Source of the DNA: Leptospiraceae bacterium
GTDB lineage: Bacteria > Spirochaetota > Leptospiria > Leptospirales > Leptonemataceae
Direction: 5' to 3'
Assembly (NCBI GenBank): GCA_040217195.1
Contig: JAVJNR010000010.1
Span: forward strand, 17,964-81,963
DNA: 64,000 nt
In this document: positions 8,884 through 16,467 of the stretch, in pieces
Layout of the letters: every line of letters starts with the position of its first letter
Numbering within the stretch: the first letter of the stretch is position 1
Notes under the pieces: model-generated
Told to the model about the DNA's origin: nothing
Databases searched by the model: none
Seen by the model: the letters and a program-made list of their open reading frames with translations, nothing else
Position numbers and translations under genes: made by a program

Positions 8884-9114
8884 CTACGGTCTGTATGTAT
8901 TGATTAATTGCTGTGATTCTCGAAGATCCGGCTCCAGGCACTTCCAGCACCTGTCGTACTGGTAGAGCTTCACTCCCTTCGCTCCGCACCCTGCGCAATG
9001 GGGCTCTGCAATGGCGGACTCCAGCATATCCTGAAAGCCCGTCCCGCCGCCCGTCGAGGGGGCCGGTGCGATTGCAGGTGGCGCGGTCATTCTTTCAGTG
9101 CTCGTTACGATCAT
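8884..9114 (-). CDS. Small zinc-finger-like protein
   Basis: HCAGC...RCWKC; AGGAGG RBS before ATG 9114. Confidence 0.55.
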   Translation of the reverse strand: MIVTSTERMTAPPAIAPAPSTGGGTGFQDMLESAIAEPHCAGCGAKGVKLYQYDRCWKCLEPDLRESQQLINTYRP

Positions 9115-9457
9115 GGTTTGCCTCCTTTGCCTCGATGACATTGAGCGTTTTGCTTCTGTAGCTCTCCTGATTTTGTAGCGGTAGAATAGGGCATTCGCTT
9201 GCCGGGTCGTGCTCCAGCACCGAATCGATCACTCCGAATCGGACCTGGGCGAGGACCGTTGGGTGGTGGCACTGGATCGAGATATAGGCATCCTGGATGT
9301 GGTGCTCCAGTCGGACATGCGGGCAGTGGTAGCAATGGCTGCAGTCCTCTCGGGCAAGATAGGCGCGAGTCCATCTGTCCAGGGCACCAAGGGCCTTCTC
9401 ATGTGCCTGATCGTGCTGGGTGGCCCGTGCTTTATGCATTGCAGGCCTCCGGTTCAT
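9095..9457 (-). CDS. Phage hypothetical protein (Cys/His-rich)
   Basis: CSHCYHC...CHHP...CPI; operon packing. Confidence 0.55.
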   Translation of the reverse strand: MNRRPAMHKARATQHDQAHEKALGALDRWTRAYLAREDCSHCYHCPHVRLEHHIQDAYISIQCHHPTVLAQVRFGVIDSVLEHDPASECPILPLQNQESYRSKTLNVIEAKEANHDRNEH

Positions 9458-9797
9458 CGTCGCCGTAACGACGCTGGTGGATCGAAACCAGAGATGCGGT
9501 CACGATGTAGAATAGGCCCGGGTGCTTGGACTCCAGCCGTTCCCTGCTGTTATCAAGAACCTGCAGGATGTAGTCCGGGGCGAAAATGCCGATCATGGCC
9601 AGGTATTCCAGCCAGAGTGTTGTGTGCTCTGGTCTGACGACCTGCCCATATCGCTTGATCTCCGGGCGCATGCGTTCTGCCAGAGCAGGGGATAGCTGGA
9701 GACCTGCCTGGTATTCCAGATACAGGGCCGACGAAGCCATGTTCTCTTCTTCAGCTTCCAGGTTTCCTTCAAGCCCAAGCAGGGTCCGGGCACTCAT
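9432..9797 (-). CDS. Phage hypothetical protein
   Basis: ATGA overlap with antirepressor; GGGAGG RBS. Confidence 0.6.
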   Translation of the reverse strand: MSARTLLGLEGNLEAEEENMASSALYLEYQAGLQLSPALAERMRPEIKRYGQVVRPEHTTLWLEYLAMIGIFAPDYILQVLDNSRERLESKHPGLFYIVTASLVSIHQRRYGDDEPEACNA

Positions 9798-10534
9798 AGC
9801 AGGCCCTCCCGTTTTAGGAGTTTTCGTATTCCGTCGACGCCCCGCTGGTAGACTCGGGTTCTATACGTGACCCCGGTTTCACCGTCCTTCTTCGGGTATT
9901 GCTGCTCCACGACTCGGAACCATCCGAGTTCGATATATTGCTGGTAGGGGAGGTTGTCGGACTTCAGGACCTTTTGTCTTCGCAGGAACTGAAAGAGCTT
10001 GTTTGGCCCCATTCCCGGCACCTGAAGATTCTTGGCTACGTCGCCAATGAGAAGGGTGTCTTTGGAATCTATGATGGCATCGTAAAACTCAACCTTCGGT
10101 TGCTGCTGCTCGATCTTACGCTGGAAATCCGCTGCGAGCTGCAGGGCATCGGCGAACGATTGAGGAACCTGATACCCGCCTGTCTTGCGGATCTGAGGGA
10201 GAACTTCGTGGGTCACCCAGCGCTTGAAAGCGCGCGCCTGCGATTTGTTGGAAGATATGATTAACTGGTAGAGTCCCGGCTCATTTATGCAGTTCACCTG
10301 AATCGTCAGACTGGCATTTTGGGGGTGGGTTACTTTTAATAACCCCCTTTCATCCGCATCGAGACGGTCCATTGCCCTGCTAACCTGGGACAGGCCGAGT
10401 GCTTTACAGACATCAGCCGCAACCCACCAGGGCTCACCATCCCGGATTACCAACCGGACAGAATGGCCTCCGAAATCGAAAACCTGCGGTTCTTGCTCAT
10501 GCTGGACCAGTGTTAGAGTCCTTTGACTGCTCAT
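9794..10534 (-). CDS. Phage antirepressor (Bro-N + ANT/KilA-C)
   Basis: GEPWWVAADVCKALG, INEPGLYQLI.SSNK..A..FKRWVTHEVLPQIRKTGGY, PKVEFYD, NLPYQQY. Confidence 0.93.
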   Translation of the reverse strand: MSSQRTLTLVQHEQEPQVFDFGGHSVRLVIRDGEPWWVAADVCKALGLSQVSRAMDRLDADERGLLKVTHPQNASLTIQVNCINEPGLYQLIISSNKSQARAFKRWVTHEVLPQIRKTGGYQVPQSFADALQLAADFQRKIEQQQPKVEFYDAIIDSKDTLLIGDVAKNLQVPGMGPNKLFQFLRRQKVLKSDNLPYQQYIELGWFRVVEQQYPKKDGETGVTYRTRVYQRGVDGIRKLLKREGLL

Positions 10535-10803
10535 CGCGCTACCTCCTGTGGTTGAATAAGGCAGACTGCGATATCGACTCCGTTAGTCCGGGCATGGCCC
10601 TGAACGCAGTCTACAAGCTCCTGGAATTGCTCATCTTCCCAGACTGACGGTGAATCTAACCCGACGATAGGGGTGTTCGGCTTCTCCGGAATGTATTCAA
10701 TCCAGGACCGAGTCGGGTAGTGATGCTCGATGTGATCCCGAATCCCTTCTGGATCCCGGCTCAGGACCGCGTTGGCCAGGTAGAACTCTTCTGCCAGTTT
10801 CAC
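10531..10803 (-). CDS. Phage hypothetical protein
   Basis: GTG 10803 with AAGGAGG RBS. Confidence 0.6.
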   Translation of the reverse strand: MKLAEEFYLANAVLSRDPEGIRDHIEHHYPTRSWIEYIPEKPNTPIVGLDSPSVWEDEQFQELVDCVQGHARTNGVDIAVCLIQPQEVAR

Positions 10804-10851
10804 CGCTCTACCTCCTTGAATTCCATCGAATCGCAATCCGATAGGGGGTGC

Positions 10852-11100
10852 ATGAACGAAGAGATACGTGCTGAAGTTGAAAGACTCCTGAAGGAATGGA
10901 TTACGGATTTACCCAAAAAAGGGGAGGGGCCTCCGGATCGACATGAAGTGCAGACGAAATTCTGGAAGTTCATCATCATTCTGAATCACCGCCTGGTTGA
11001 GCTTTGTCGGGATTCCCCCCAGGATTATATGGACAATATGGATTATTGCATTCGGATGCTGGAGGATGCGCTATTTGATCCCCGGATCCCGGAGGAGTAG
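10852..11100 (+). CDS. Small helical protein, antisense to early operon
   Basis: AGGGGG RBS; MNEEIRAEVERLLKEWITDLPK...; protein-like. Confidence 0.5.
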   Translation: MNEEIRAEVERLLKEWITDLPKKGEGPPDRHEVQTKFWKFIIILNHRLVELCRDSPQDYMDNMDYCIRMLEDALFDPRIPEE

Positions 11101-11212
11101 CTTTCGGACGTAAACCGGCACTGCGGCCCGCAAAGCGGACCTTGTCGATTTCCTCCTGGCTAAGGCCATAGACAGGAGCCAAGCCCTCTAATTTCTTTCT
11201 TGAATCGCTCAC
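10976..11212 (-). CDS. Hypothetical protein
   Basis: GTGA overlap with Cro-like gene; GGAGG RBS. Confidence 0.4.
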   Translation of the reverse strand: MSDSRKKLEGLAPVYGLSQEEIDKVRFAGRSAGLRPKATPPGSGDQIAHPPASECNNPYCPYNPGGNPDKAQPGGDSE

Positions 11213-11466
11213 CGCTCCACCTCCAGGACCTGGATTCCGAGGTCGGACGGAGTGACGCCGAAGTCAGCTTCGAGTGCTCGGATTGCGCGGTAGGTTTCGG
11301 TACCTTTGAATGCGTATTTTGGGCGCCGATAGAAAAGCCTTGTCAGGATTGGATTGCGCAGGTTGTGCTTGCGGCACCATGGCCGAATGGTCCCATGTTC
11401 CCGGATTATTCGGGCCTTGACTTCATTGCCCGAAAGGATTTCTGCTTGTGTTGTATTTTTGCTCAT
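11209..11466 (-). CDS. Cro/Ner-like repressor
   Basis: First gene of leftward operon, divergent from cI-like gene; VKARIIREHGTIRPWCRKHNL. Confidence 0.6.
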   Translation of the reverse strand: MSKNTTQAEILSGNEVKARIIREHGTIRPWCRKHNLRNPILTRLFYRRPKYAFKGTETYRAIRALEADFGVTPSDLGIQVLEVER

Positions 11467-11488
11467 GGTATTACCCCGGTTAGGCCGA

Positions 11489-11556
11489 TGTTGCTTGTAG
11501 GAAACAATAGATGCGCCGAAGCAACAAGTCAAACCAAATGTTGCTCGGAGGAAACA
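11489..11556. promoter_or_regulatory. Genetic switch: three operators TGTTKC-N6-GMAACA with divergent sigma70 promoters
   Basis: Operators at 11489-11506, 11509-11526 (degenerate) and 11539-11556; leftward TTGACT(11532)-N17-TATTGT; rightward TTGCTC(11541)-N17-GAGAAT. Confidence 0.75.
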
Positions 11557-11588
11557 TTTTTTTGAGAATAGATAGCGAAATTCAAGAA

Positions 11589-11957
11589 ATGCTCTTGGAA
11601 AGGACAGGACTGAAGTATATCCAATTGGCTGAGCTACTGGGGTTCAATCGGTCAGTGCTCTCGAAGATTGCCAGCGGCAAGCTGGAGATATCTGCCGAAT
11701 ACAAGATGCGTTGCGTAGAGCGACTCCGCCGACCAGGATACCGTTTCAATATTTTCTGGTTTGAGGATCCTGAGAAGCACCCGTTCTGGGTGCCGGAGGA
11801 CTACTGGCTGAACCAATTCGGACCGGAATTCCAGGTTCTTGCCCAGATGAAGCCTGATTTCATGGAGGCTCTTAAGCGTGTGGCGCGGCTGCCTCCGGAA
11901 AAACAGGAGCGATGGCTCAATATGGCCCGGGACTTGTTCAATCTGGGAGAGGGGTAA
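11589..11957 (+). CDS. CI-like XRE-family HTH repressor
   Basis: GLKYIQLAELLGFNRSVLSKIASGKLEIS; no S24 peptidase domain; start uncertain. Confidence 0.75.
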   Translation: MLLERTGLKYIQLAELLGFNRSVLSKIASGKLEISAEYKMRCVERLRRPGYRFNIFWFEDPEKHPFWVPEDYWLNQFGPEFQVLAQMKPDFMEALKRVARLPPEKQERWLNMARDLFNLGEG

Positions 11958-12100
11958 GCGGAAGAAGAAACCCGTGGCAGGATTGTCCTACGGGTCGGTT
12001 ATAGAAGAATTTGAAAAGTTGTGGAAAACGTGTGTAAACGTTTGTGTAGTGTCTCTCTCGGATCCTACGATGTGCCGATCAGATAAAGAGAGGGCGCTCC

Positions 12101-12256
12101 ATGGACTTGGAAGACTACGCAGGGAAAATGGAACAACTAATGGGATTACTGGAAGAATTGGAGGAGGAAGCCGAAAGGGAATCGGAAAACGGACGGCAAG
12201 CGGAGAGGAGCAAAGGAGTGCTCGAGGTGGCCAGGAGCCTGCTGGGATTGGAGTAG
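12101..12256 (+). CDS. Small acidic protein (51 aa, not in ORF track)
   Basis: GAGAGGG RBS; MDLEDYAGKMEQLMGLLEELEEEAERESENG... Confidence 0.5.
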   Translation: MDLEDYAGKMEQLMGLLEELEEEAERESENGRQAERSKGVLEVARSLLGLE

Positions 12257-12269
12257 ACCGAGCGTTGAG

Positions 12270-13439
12270 CTAAAATAGATCTACCACATTTGCGCCGCCA
12301 TTTTGAGCAATCCGCTCCGTTTTCTGGAATACCTTGGCCCCAATGAGTGAGTCCAAATCCGAATCGGGGAGGCCCATTTTTATGCGAATGAATTCCTTGA
12401 AAGCTTTGTTGCTGCTCTCCAGAAGATCAAAGGCTTGAGGAAGGAAGGTGGGCTCTTCATACGGGACATACTCGTCCCCGGGCTCTGATCGACGGAAACC
12501 CATTCTGGACATCTTCTTGTACAATCCCTGGGCCTCCAGAGAACCGATCAGTTCCAGATCCTTCATCCGGTGGACCACGGCCATCATTGACACCCGCCAT
12601 TCTCGTTTAAGGTCCATGAGGTCTTCCAATCGGGTCCCGAAATACTGAACCCGTTCCGCGAAAGTTTCTGATGGCATCAGCAGTGAGGCTGCAAACATAT
12701 CCGCCTGGCGTTCGATTTCTCGAAAGAGCTTTCTGTTTAGATCCTTTTCCCTTACTCGACGATGCAGAACCATATGTCCGAGTTCGTGGGCAGCATTGAA
12801 ACGGAGTCTCCCAGGCGAGTCCTTGATAGAGTCGAGGAGAATGTATGGACGACCGTCCTTCGGCCAGTAGGAGAAGGCATCGACTGTGTTGGCGATTGCC
12901 ATCTGGGCAACGACGATCCCTGATTTCTCAATCGAGTCGACAAGGTTCAAAATCGGGCTTTCATTGTTGAGACCGAGAATGCGCCGTGCCTGTGCGGCCA
13001 TTGCTTCAATCTCCCTTTTGGAATAGTCTATCCGGGTTCCATCGAACTGTTCCCAGGCCTTGTGGTCAGGAAAGTCTACATGCTCCTCTATTAGGCTAAA
13101 GATTTGCTGGAGCCACTGCACCCGCCTCGTTGCTTGCTTTTTCAGTTTGGCGGGTAGATCTGCCAGACTTCTGAAAAAGATCAGGTCTTTGCCGGGGACA
13201 GGGCCTCGGGGAGAATCATTTTGAAAAAAGTAACGACTGGAGACACCCAGGATTTGGCCGAGTTCGTTGACGTTCAATACAGTAGGCGCGGCCTTTCCCG
13301 TTTCCCATGACTGTACAGCCGTAGGGGAGACGCCGAGACGCCGTCCAATTTCGGCCATTGTTAGCCCCCTGGCTTCTCGAATTGCAGTCAGTCTTTCCCG
13401 AGAAAACTCAGGTCGCACTAGCATCCTCCTCTGCTTCAC
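12270..13439 (-). CDS. XRE HTH + ImmA/IrrE (M78) zinc metallopeptidase (RmrA-like)
   Basis: RLTAIREARGLTMAEIGRRLGVSPTAVQSWETG; RLRFNAAHELGHMVLH; ERQADMFAASLLMP. Confidence 0.92.
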   Translation of the reverse strand: MKQRRMLVRPEFSRERLTAIREARGLTMAEIGRRLGVSPTAVQSWETGKAAPTVLNVNELGQILGVSSRYFFQNDSPRGPVPGKDLIFFRSLADLPAKLKKQATRRVQWLQQIFSLIEEHVDFPDHKAWEQFDGTRIDYSKREIEAMAAQARRILGLNNESPILNLVDSIEKSGIVVAQMAIANTVDAFSYWPKDGRPYILLDSIKDSPGRLRFNAAHELGHMVLHRRVREKDLNRKLFREIERQADMFAASLLMPSETFAERVQYFGTRLEDLMDLKREWRVSMMAVVHRMKDLELIGSLEAQGLYKKMSRMGFRRSEPGDEYVPYEEPTFLPQAFDLLESSNKAFKEFIRIKMGLPDSDLDSLIGAKVFQKTERIAQNGGANVVDLF

Positions 13440-14016
13440 GGGACTTCAGTTTGGGTGCTGGTGTAAGAGTGCTCGGTGCTGCCTCCAAGTAACGGGGGCT
13501 GACTGATTTCGCCGATTGAGTGTGGATACTTACAAACTCTCCGATTTCCAAGTCATAAAGTGAAGGTTCGACGCGAACATGGCCGTTATTCTGGGGGACG
13601 GTATTTAGTACAACAGGTAATAGGCCTTCAAAGTAGATATCATCGGGTCGGAACAAGGGCTCTGCTCGGTGGACGCCGAAAAGCCGGAGGGTCTTATTTC
13701 GGCGGGAAGAGAAATGCAGCATTATTCTAGTTGCCGACCCCTTTCCGTAGACGTAGTTCCATACGTTACCATTTGATGAGTGCTCAATTTTGTAGCCGCC
13801 CGCTTTGAGAACAATTTGGAATGCCTTCTGTGCCCGGTCATGATGTTCTAGCCATATTGCGTTGTACGGTAGATTAGCCTCTCTCCGCTCTTGGGCAGCC
13901 TGTTGCCGATCAAGGTAGATTTGGCTCAAACGCTTCGAAAGCTCTATACAAAGCGTTGGGCCGACATTCTCCTTGATTATCTGTGTGGCTTCGTTGAACG
14001 TGAGAGCGGTCTGCAT
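13408..14016 (-). CDS. Hypothetical protein upstream of XRE-IrrE gene (candidate toxin partner)
   Basis: Overlaps peptidase start; lower GC; start may be TTG 14085. Confidence 0.65.
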   Translation of the reverse strand: MQTALTFNEATQIIKENVGPTLCIELSKRLSQIYLDRQQAAQERREANLPYNAIWLEHHDRAQKAFQIVLKAGGYKIEHSSNGNVWNYVYGKGSATRIMLHFSSRRNKTLRLFGVHRAEPLFRPDDIYFEGLLPVVLNTVPQNNGHVRVEPSLYDLEIGEFVSIHTQSAKSVSPRYLEAAPSTLTPAPKLKSREAEEDASAT

Positions 14017-14160
14017 GGATTCAACCGGAGGATTCCTTCCGAGAATTGCAATTAAAAAATGCGGGAAAATTTCCGAATTTGCCAACTTTGGGGTCTTTTT
14101 CTGGGAGATTCAGGCCAAACCCTTTGATTTCTGGTGGATGTACGCTCCTTATCAATAGAA

Positions 14161-14188
14161 ATGAGACATAATTTGTATTATCGGAAGA
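14161..14188 (-). other. dif-like XerC/D recombination site
   Basis: Minus strand TCTTCCGATAA-TACAAA-TTATGTCTCAT: 11-6-11 architecture with ATAA/TTATGT core. Confidence 0.65.
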
Positions 14189-14307
14189 GATCTATCGAAC
14201 CTGGGACAGTGCCAGTGCATAGCAGGCTCCTGCTACGTACTGCAAAAAGTGCTTGTAGGAGCCCTTTACGAATACACTTTTTGGGTCGAGATTAAAAGGG
14301 GGTTACC

Positions 14308-14571
14308 ATGGGTCGAACGCAACAAGCCAGTGAAGCAACGGAAGGCGCTCCTTCCGCTTTTGTGGACGTATCGAAACGGATTTTTAATACCGTCCCAGAA
14401 ATATTGGCTCAGATTCGTGCGGAGTCCGCGCAGCAAGCCATCAGAAAACTCGAAAAAGACCAAGGCAAGGATCTCGAAGAACTAATCGAAAAGGTCATGA
14501 GCGATCATGAGGCACGAAACCAGGCGTTTGCGAATGCCTTGGAGCGCGCCACATCATCGAAAAAAAAGTGA
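14308..14571 (+). CDS. Small helical hypothetical protein (moron)
   Basis: AAGGGGG RBS; helical composition. Confidence 0.6.
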   Translation: MGRTQQASEATEGAPSAFVDVSKRIFNTVPEILAQIRAESAQQAIRKLEKDQGKDLEELIEKVMSDHEARNQAFANALERATSSKKK

Positions 14572-14574
14572 TTC

Positions 14575-15468
14575 GTGTCCTATATCGTTCTCATCGCGCT
14601 ACCTGGAGTAGTGTTCTTGCTACTAATGCGCTACTTGCGTCCCGATCGGTCCCAGGTCGGATGGGAACACCTGTTGCGGGCAGTTCTCATGGGGGTGTTT
14701 TCAATTTACCTGGCTTTCACCTTCAAAGATATGACGGGAAGTGGGGGCGATTTTCCATGCATTACCAGTGAATGCGTTAGTATCGAAAACCTTCTTCAAG
14801 ACTCCACATTCCAGTCCGCATATGCCTTCTCATTTGCTGTCGCAGTTCTCTTGGCCTTTGCGACAAACATTTCCATATGGTTTCTCCATTTGAGGTGGCC
14901 CTCCCGAATTCTTGTTGGGCTATTTCGTTTCAAGAATATGCCTGGACAGACAGATGATCCTCTGCTCGGGCTCAAACCACATCAACCCTACTTTGTTTCT
15001 TTGCAGGATGGCCAAGTTTATCTTGGGCTATATATCGCCCACACCAGAGATCCGGATGCAGAGGATAGAACTTTGGTCTTTCAGGTCTTCCTAAGTGGGC
15101 GCCGAGTCGATACGCCAAGGTCTTATGTTCGTTATAATTACGTTTCGCCATACACTGCGCACCGGAAGACGTACATTCCCTTTGATTCTATCCTTTCGAT
15201 CAGCGAATTTCGCTTTGATGGATTTATGAATACCGTTACGCGGGGATATAGTGAACTATCGCGCTCGGATATAAGGCGCCTATGGACCAATTTTCTTCAA
15301 TGCGGCTATATGAGGTATGAGGATTTCTTCCCTGAGTCACCAAATTATGTGTTCCGCGATGAACCGCCAATTTCAGACAACTTCTCGAGCCCTGCACGAG
15401 AACCCCCGAGCCGACCTCGTCCGAAAAAGAAATCAGCCATAAAGAAACGATCTACAAAAAGGGAATAG
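14575..15468 (+). CDS. Membrane protein with soluble C-terminal domain (DUF6338-like), moron
   Basis: Three hydrophobic segments, IALPGVVF and FVSLQDGQVYLG; lower GC. Confidence 0.65.
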   Translation: MSYIVLIALPGVVFLLLMRYLRPDRSQVGWEHLLRAVLMGVFSIYLAFTFKDMTGSGGDFPCITSECVSIENLLQDSTFQSAYAFSFAVAVLLAFATNISIWFLHLRWPSRILVGLFRFKNMPGQTDDPLLGLKPHQPYFVSLQDGQVYLGLYIAHTRDPDAEDRTLVFQVFLSGRRVDTPRSYVRYNYVSPYTAHRKTYIPFDSILSISEFRFDGFMNTVTRGYSELSRSDIRRLWTNFLQCGYMRYEDFFPESPNYVFRDEPPISDNFSSPAREPPSRPRPKKKSAIKKRSTKRE

Positions 15469-15574
15469 ACGACCAGAATTACTCTGGAGCTTCCGTGATC
15501 TCGTTTCTATGCTGGTCTGATGGTTCAGCGCGACAAATCTTCCCACGTTGGTGTCAGACTGATAGGATCAGCTG

Positions 15575-15793
15575 TTAGCTCCAGCTCCCTTCCCCTGGTT
15601 GATCCGTGATGGTCGCCGGAGCCCCGGCTGCATGCGCGTCCGTCTGGCCGTTCACCGTTACATTGACCGTTCCGGACTTGATGAACCGCTCTACAATCGC
15701 TGCATATTCGGCGTTGAATTGTTCTACAGTCTCGATATCATCCCGTTTCATTAGAGCATTGAGCTCCGATTCGAAGGTTGCCTTGTCTGCCAT
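15575..15793 (-). CDS. Small virion/baseplate-associated protein
   Basis: GGAGG RBS; follows spike gene. Confidence 0.6.
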   Translation of the reverse strand: MADKATFESELNALMKRDDIETVEQFNAEYAAIVERFIKSGTVNVTVNGQTDAHAAGAPATITDQPGEGSWS

Positions 15794-15807
15794 TTGATCC
15801 TCCAGTC

Positions 15808-16467
15808 CTATGGTCCAACCTGCATGGGCTTCGAAGCCGGGCCAGGGAACGATGCCTTCAGGTGCCCATGCTTGGAAGCTGGCATTTCTTCCGGAGTACC
15901 TTTCTTCCAGGTGACTTCGCCGGTCACATCCAGGTCGCCCTCGATGCGCACCTTGTCCGTTTTGATTGTGATTTCATCGCTGGAGAAATCGATCTTGAAG
16001 ACCGTTTCCGTTCCCTTCTTGATTACATACTCTTCATCCTTGTAGCGGACACTCCAGCCGGAAGGATGAAAGTCCGCAAAGTCTTCGCTGTCTCCGGCTT
16101 CGACGAAGCTACCGGACTCGGGCGTTTTCTCGAATTGCTCCAGATCCTTAGAATGCTTCTCCTGTCCAGGAGTAGGATACCAGTTCACGACCACCGGGTT
16201 TTCAGGGGAACCGCCTACGAAATCGATAAGGACTCTCTGGCCCTCCCGGAACTCTGCCAGTCGGCCCTTTGCCTCTGCGTCTATGACCGATCCCCCCGGG
16301 AGTAATACGTTCTCCAGGTAGTCTCCTGTCAGCGTCTGGACATTGCACCGGAATCGACTCTTCACTTTATCAATGTATCCCCAGAGCGCCGGTGCTCCCC
16401 GGCGGGTCAGTGGAGCGGCGAGCGCCTTGAGGCCGATTCCGATGGGCCTTTCGTCAATCATGCCCAT
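15808..16467 (-). CDS. Baseplate central spike (gpV/gp45-like)
   Basis: OB-like GQRVLIDFVGGSPENPVVV; beta-helix end VRIEGDLDVTGEV; KHGH tip motif. Confidence 0.75.
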   Translation of the reverse strand: MGMIDERPIGIGLKALAAPLTRRGAPALWGYIDKVKSRFRCNVQTLTGDYLENVLLPGGSVIDAEAKGRLAEFREGQRVLIDFVGGSPENPVVVNWYPTPGQEKHSKDLEQFEKTPESGSFVEAGDSEDFADFHPSGWSVRYKDEEYVIKKGTETVFKIDFSSDEITIKTDKVRIEGDLDVTGEVTWKKGTPEEMPASKHGHLKASFPGPASKPMQVGP

